DNA of 63,660 bases, the filler included, from Octopus bimaculoides (Eukaryota): assembly GCF_001194135.2 (NCBI RefSeq). It is 7 parts of 5 records of this genome, joined end to end, with 100 filler letters (N's around TTAATTAATTAA, not from the genome) between each part and the next. Parts side by side here need not be neighbours in the genome. Positions count along the whole stretch, not along the records: positions 52,054 to 61,560 come from NC_068983.1; positions 61,661 to 63,660 come from NC_069007.1; 5 more parts are not named here. The stretch is one strand, 5' to 3'. The stretch's first letter is position 1. Each line of letters begins with the position of its first letter. The translations under genes were made by a program, and so were the position numbers. This document shows, one piece after another, positions 59,680-63,660 of the stretch. The notes under the pieces were generated by a model, which was not told the DNA's origin, did no database searches, and worked only from the letters and a program-made list of their open reading frames with translations.

Positions 59680-61560
59680 AGAACTGTTGTTCCTTATCGC
59701 ATACCTTGTTGTCAGTTAGGCATATTATATACATGATCAAGCATAGTTTGTTTTCTTTCTCAATTAAGACTTTGTCTGGCTTCCAATTCTTTATCACATG
59801 GTCGCTCTGAATCATAAGATCCCATAGGATCTTTGCATTTTTATTTTTGATGATGCCTTCGTGTTTGTGTTCGTACCAATATTTTACACTGTTAAGTCCA
59901 TATTTGTTGCAAAGTGTCCAATGGAAAGCCTGGCTATATTTCGTGGCGTCTCTTATATTCTTTCTGGGCTAGTGGTGTATATTGGCTTGTAATACGCCAT
60001 ACGGTTTCACCATTTTGTCTACAGATTCTGCATATCACTTTATGCTGTGTTGTCTATTCTGTATTTTGTGTAGTTTGTTCTTAATGCTTGCTCTTGAGCA
60101 GCACAGATTAGAGCCTCCGTTTCCGGATTTAAATCGCGTTTATTCATCCACAGCCATCTTTCTTCTCTGTCTGTCTTATCTTCAACATCCCTATGAAATT
60201 GACCATGCATTCTTTTCTTTACCCACCTATTTTCAGTTTCATTCGTTTTCAAGTTCTTGCATAGTGCTTTACCTTTGCAATCTTTCATCCTACGCAAGCC
60301 TGACCTTCTTACTTCTAATAATAGCGATTCTGTGGCATTTTTACATACCATACTATGTTGTTTTCTTCTGCTCTAATGCTGTGTTCGCATCCAGTAAGTC
60401 CTCTTCCCCCTCATTTTCTTGGTACATACAGTCTTTCTGTGTCACTTTTTGGGTTGATTAACCCATATCTAGCTAGCAACTTCCTTGCCTTTCTGTCTAA
60501 ACTGTTTAGTTCTACTGTCCATGTGATTACCCCTGCTCCATATCTAAGGAGTGAAACCGCCCAGGTGTTGATAGCTTCAATCTTATTCCGTCCGTTTAAT
60601 TTCGACTTAAGGATCAGTCTCAGTCTGTGCAATTTTTCTGTCATTTCTTTCTCCATCAATTTATCCATTTCCAAAATCCCCAAGTACTTATAGCCCGTCT
60701 CTTCTATCTGCTGTATAACTTCCCGCGACGGTATCGTTAGCCCGTCCATACATTAGATTTTACCTCTCTTCAAGACTAACACACCACACTTACTCAGTCC
60801 AAACTTCATTATGATATCAGCACTGAAGGTCAACGAGGGAACTGACTTGGGATTCATCTTTACCATAAAGTTTGAGGTCATCCATGAATAACAAATGATT
60901 GACTTTTTGTTGGCGGCTTTTGGATACACACCCAGTTTTTGCTTTCCTCAGAATCAGTGTTAGTGATATCAAACATGATACAAAGATCAGTGGGGACAGG
61001 CAGTCCCCTTGGAAGATGTCCCTCCTAATTTCTACTGCCCCTAAACTTCTTCCCTATGTTGTCAGGTCCTCCAATTCGCCATATTTTTTCCAAGCAATCG
61101 TTCAACATTCGATGCAATACCAAATAGGTTCATACACTCCATAACCCAAGAATGTGGGATCATATCGTACGCTTTACGATAATCGATCCATGACATGGCT
61201 AAGTTACTTTTCTTCCTCTTGCATTCTCTGAGTACAGTTTTGTCTATCAGGAGTTGATCCTTGGTACCTCTGTACTTACGCTTGCAACCTTTCTGCACAT
61301 GTGGAAGGACTCCATTTTTCTCCAGATGTTCGTACACTGACTCTGCGAGTATTCCAGTCAATAATTTCCACATAAGTGGCAAACAGGATATCGGCCTGTA
61401 ATTGTCTACCGTATTGCCTTTTTCGATGTTTCTCAAGCACAGCACTGTCCTACCCAATGGTGTTACTTGGCCGGCATTTAACAAGGTGTTGAGTTGAGCA
61501 GCCATTCGTGCATGACATTCACCAAAATCTTTTGATCCAGTAACCTTGAACTCCATCTGG
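59680..61560 (-). pseudogene. R4/Dong-like RLE non-LTR retrotransposon (RT, CCHC knuckle, PD-(D/E)xK nuclease), disrupted
   Basis: [80 protein letters not shown], degenerate RICRQNGETVWRITSQY..LAQKEYKRRH, KILWDLMIQSDHVIKNWKPDKVLI. Frameshifted; the 5' end runs into a gap and the 3' end is truncated. Confidence 0.9.
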
Positions 61561-61660
61561 NNNNNNNNNNNNNNNNNNNNNNNNNNNNNNNNNNNNNNNN
61601 NNNNTTAATTAATTAANNNNNNNNNNNNNNNNNNNNNNNNNNNNNNNNNNNNNNNNNNNN

Positions 61661-61710
<50 letters not shown>

Positions 61711-62427
61711 GGAGAGAGAGAGAAAGTGAGACAGATAAAGAAATTGATAGATAGAATGTTCTAGTACAATGTAATCAATTTGTGTTTGAATTAATGTAAT
61801 CAATCACAAATCGATTACACTGTGTACAATGTAATCAATTTGTATTTGCCTTGCAAACAAGGCAAATACAAAAGGAATTGCAATTAAAGATATCCCCAAC
61901 TAGGTTGCTTCGCCTTATCTCGTGCAATCTCACGAAATTCCATTCAAAATGGTGGTGATTGCTAGCATTTTTGAGTTGGAACTCTTAAAAGATTGTTGCA
62001 ATTTCTTCCATAGCAGATGGTTGCAATCTTAATCCACAAATAAGGATAATCGCATATAAAAGTCGAATCGGCGTATAGGGCGCGGAGTCTTTCTGGGCCC
62101 TAAACATTGTATCGTAATATTACTGGCATACAAGCCAGCTATAAAGATCAATCCCCCAAATAATTGCAGCTTAAAAATATGATCGAACTTGAATAGAACG
62201 AACGCTAATCATAAATTTACAGTATTGATGATACTTGCAATATTTTGATAGTTAGAAAGCTTAAAGTTTTTCCGCCCGTTTTTACGTTCTGAATTCAAAT
62301 TTCGCCAAGGTCGACTTTGCCTTCATCCCCTCGGGCTCCATAAAATAAATACCAGTTGAACACTGGTTCAATATAATCGACTCATCTCCACCCTCAAAAT
62401 TGTTGCCCTTGTTGCACAATTTGAAAC

Positions 62428-62484
<57 letters not shown>

Positions 62485-63058
62485 NNNNNNNNNNNNNNNN
62501 NNNNNNNNNNNNNNNNNNNNNNNNNNNNNNNNNNNNNNNNNNNNNNNNNNNNNNNNNNNNNNNNNNNNNNNNNNNNNNNNNNNNNNNNNNNNNNNNNNNN
62601 NNNNNNNNNNNNNNNNNNNNNNNNNNNNNNNNNNNNNNNNNNNNNNNNNNNNNNNNNNNNNNNNNNNNNNNNNNNNNNNNNNNNNNNNNNNNNNNNNNNN
62701 NNNNNNNNNNNNNNNNNNNNNNNNNNNNNNNNNNNNNNNNNNNNNNNNNNNNNNNNNNNNNNNNNNNNNNNNNNNNNNNNNNNNNNNNNNNNNNNNNNNN
62801 NNNNNNNNNNNNNNNNNNNNNNNNNNNNNNNNNNNNNNNNNNNNNNNNNNNNNNNNNNNNNNNNNNNNNNNNNNNNNNNNNNNNNNNNNNNNNNNNNNNN
62901 NNNNNNNNNNNNNNNNNNNNNNNNNNNNNNNNNNNNNNNNNNNNNNNNNNNNNNNNNNNNNNNNNNNNNNNNNNNCTTCTTCTTCTTCTTCTTCTTCTTC
63001 TTCTTCTTCTTCTTCTTCTTCTTCTTCTTCTTCTTCTTCTTCTTCTTCTTCTTCTTCA
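62428..63058. repeat. (TTA)n ... gap ... (TTC)n trinucleotide tracts
   Basis: Direct read. Confidence 0.95.
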
Positions 63059-63624
63059 GCTCCCGAGCATGCTAGACAATACGCTTAACTGCGTTCGGTC
63101 TGTCTTTACATTCAGATTTCAAATTCCGCCAAGATCAGATTGTACAGTATCCATTCTGGGTCCATAAAACAAACAATTACTAGCTGACCACTGTCGGGTG
63201 GGAGTAATGCATTCAACTTAACCCCTTCCCCAAAATTGCCGGCCTTGTGCCAAATTTCAAAAGCCTTATTATAATTTGATTGGACGACGGCATTGAATGC
63301 CATATCTGATTGGTTCTTGCCGAAATCATTTGCTCGTTTCATTGGAGTGCTTCACGTACACAGTTTCGCCTACGTAAACATACTCACACAAATACACAAA
63401 CACACACAAAAAGCTATTAGGATACACATATACGTTTGTATGCTTAACCTCATGCATTCGTACACGCATGCGCAGTTTTCAGTCACGAACACTGTTTAAC
63501 CTTTACATATTCGGAATGTAAATTGATTTACTAGTCATTTACAACGTGTGTGTCTCTATGTCTGTACACCCCACCACACGTGTATATATATACATACAAA
63601 CATACATATATATATATGTATATA

Positions 63625-63660
<36 letters not shown>

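Overview
AT-rich, microsatellite- and SINE-saturated animal genomic DNA with many N gaps. Its composition and repeat content are best explained as a coleoid cephalopod (Octopus-like) draft assembly; this taxon call is inference. The only gene I can support firmly is a complete 9-exon COMMD7 orthologue on the minus strand (CDS 11499 to 1722, 205 aa, all introns GT-AG). I rebuilt it by hand because the ORF track largely misses it. The remaining ~52 kb is transposon graveyard: several tRNA-derived SINE families, RTE-clade LINE fragments (two with a PHD-like Cys/His cluster inside the RT region), R4/Dong-like RLE LINE pieces ending at microsatellites, an internally deleted mariner, and Penelope-like remnants with a hammerhead-like fold. 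hAT- and piggyBac-type MITEs sit in COMMD7 introns. The most interesting leads are inverted SINE pairs inside the COMMD7 pre-mRNA, variant hammerhead-like motifs, a CpG-rich structured insert in a SINE, a gene-less CpG-depleted domain, and two speculative phase-compatible exon chains. No CRISPR array, rRNA or intact tRNA gene was seen. TE boundaries are approximate.
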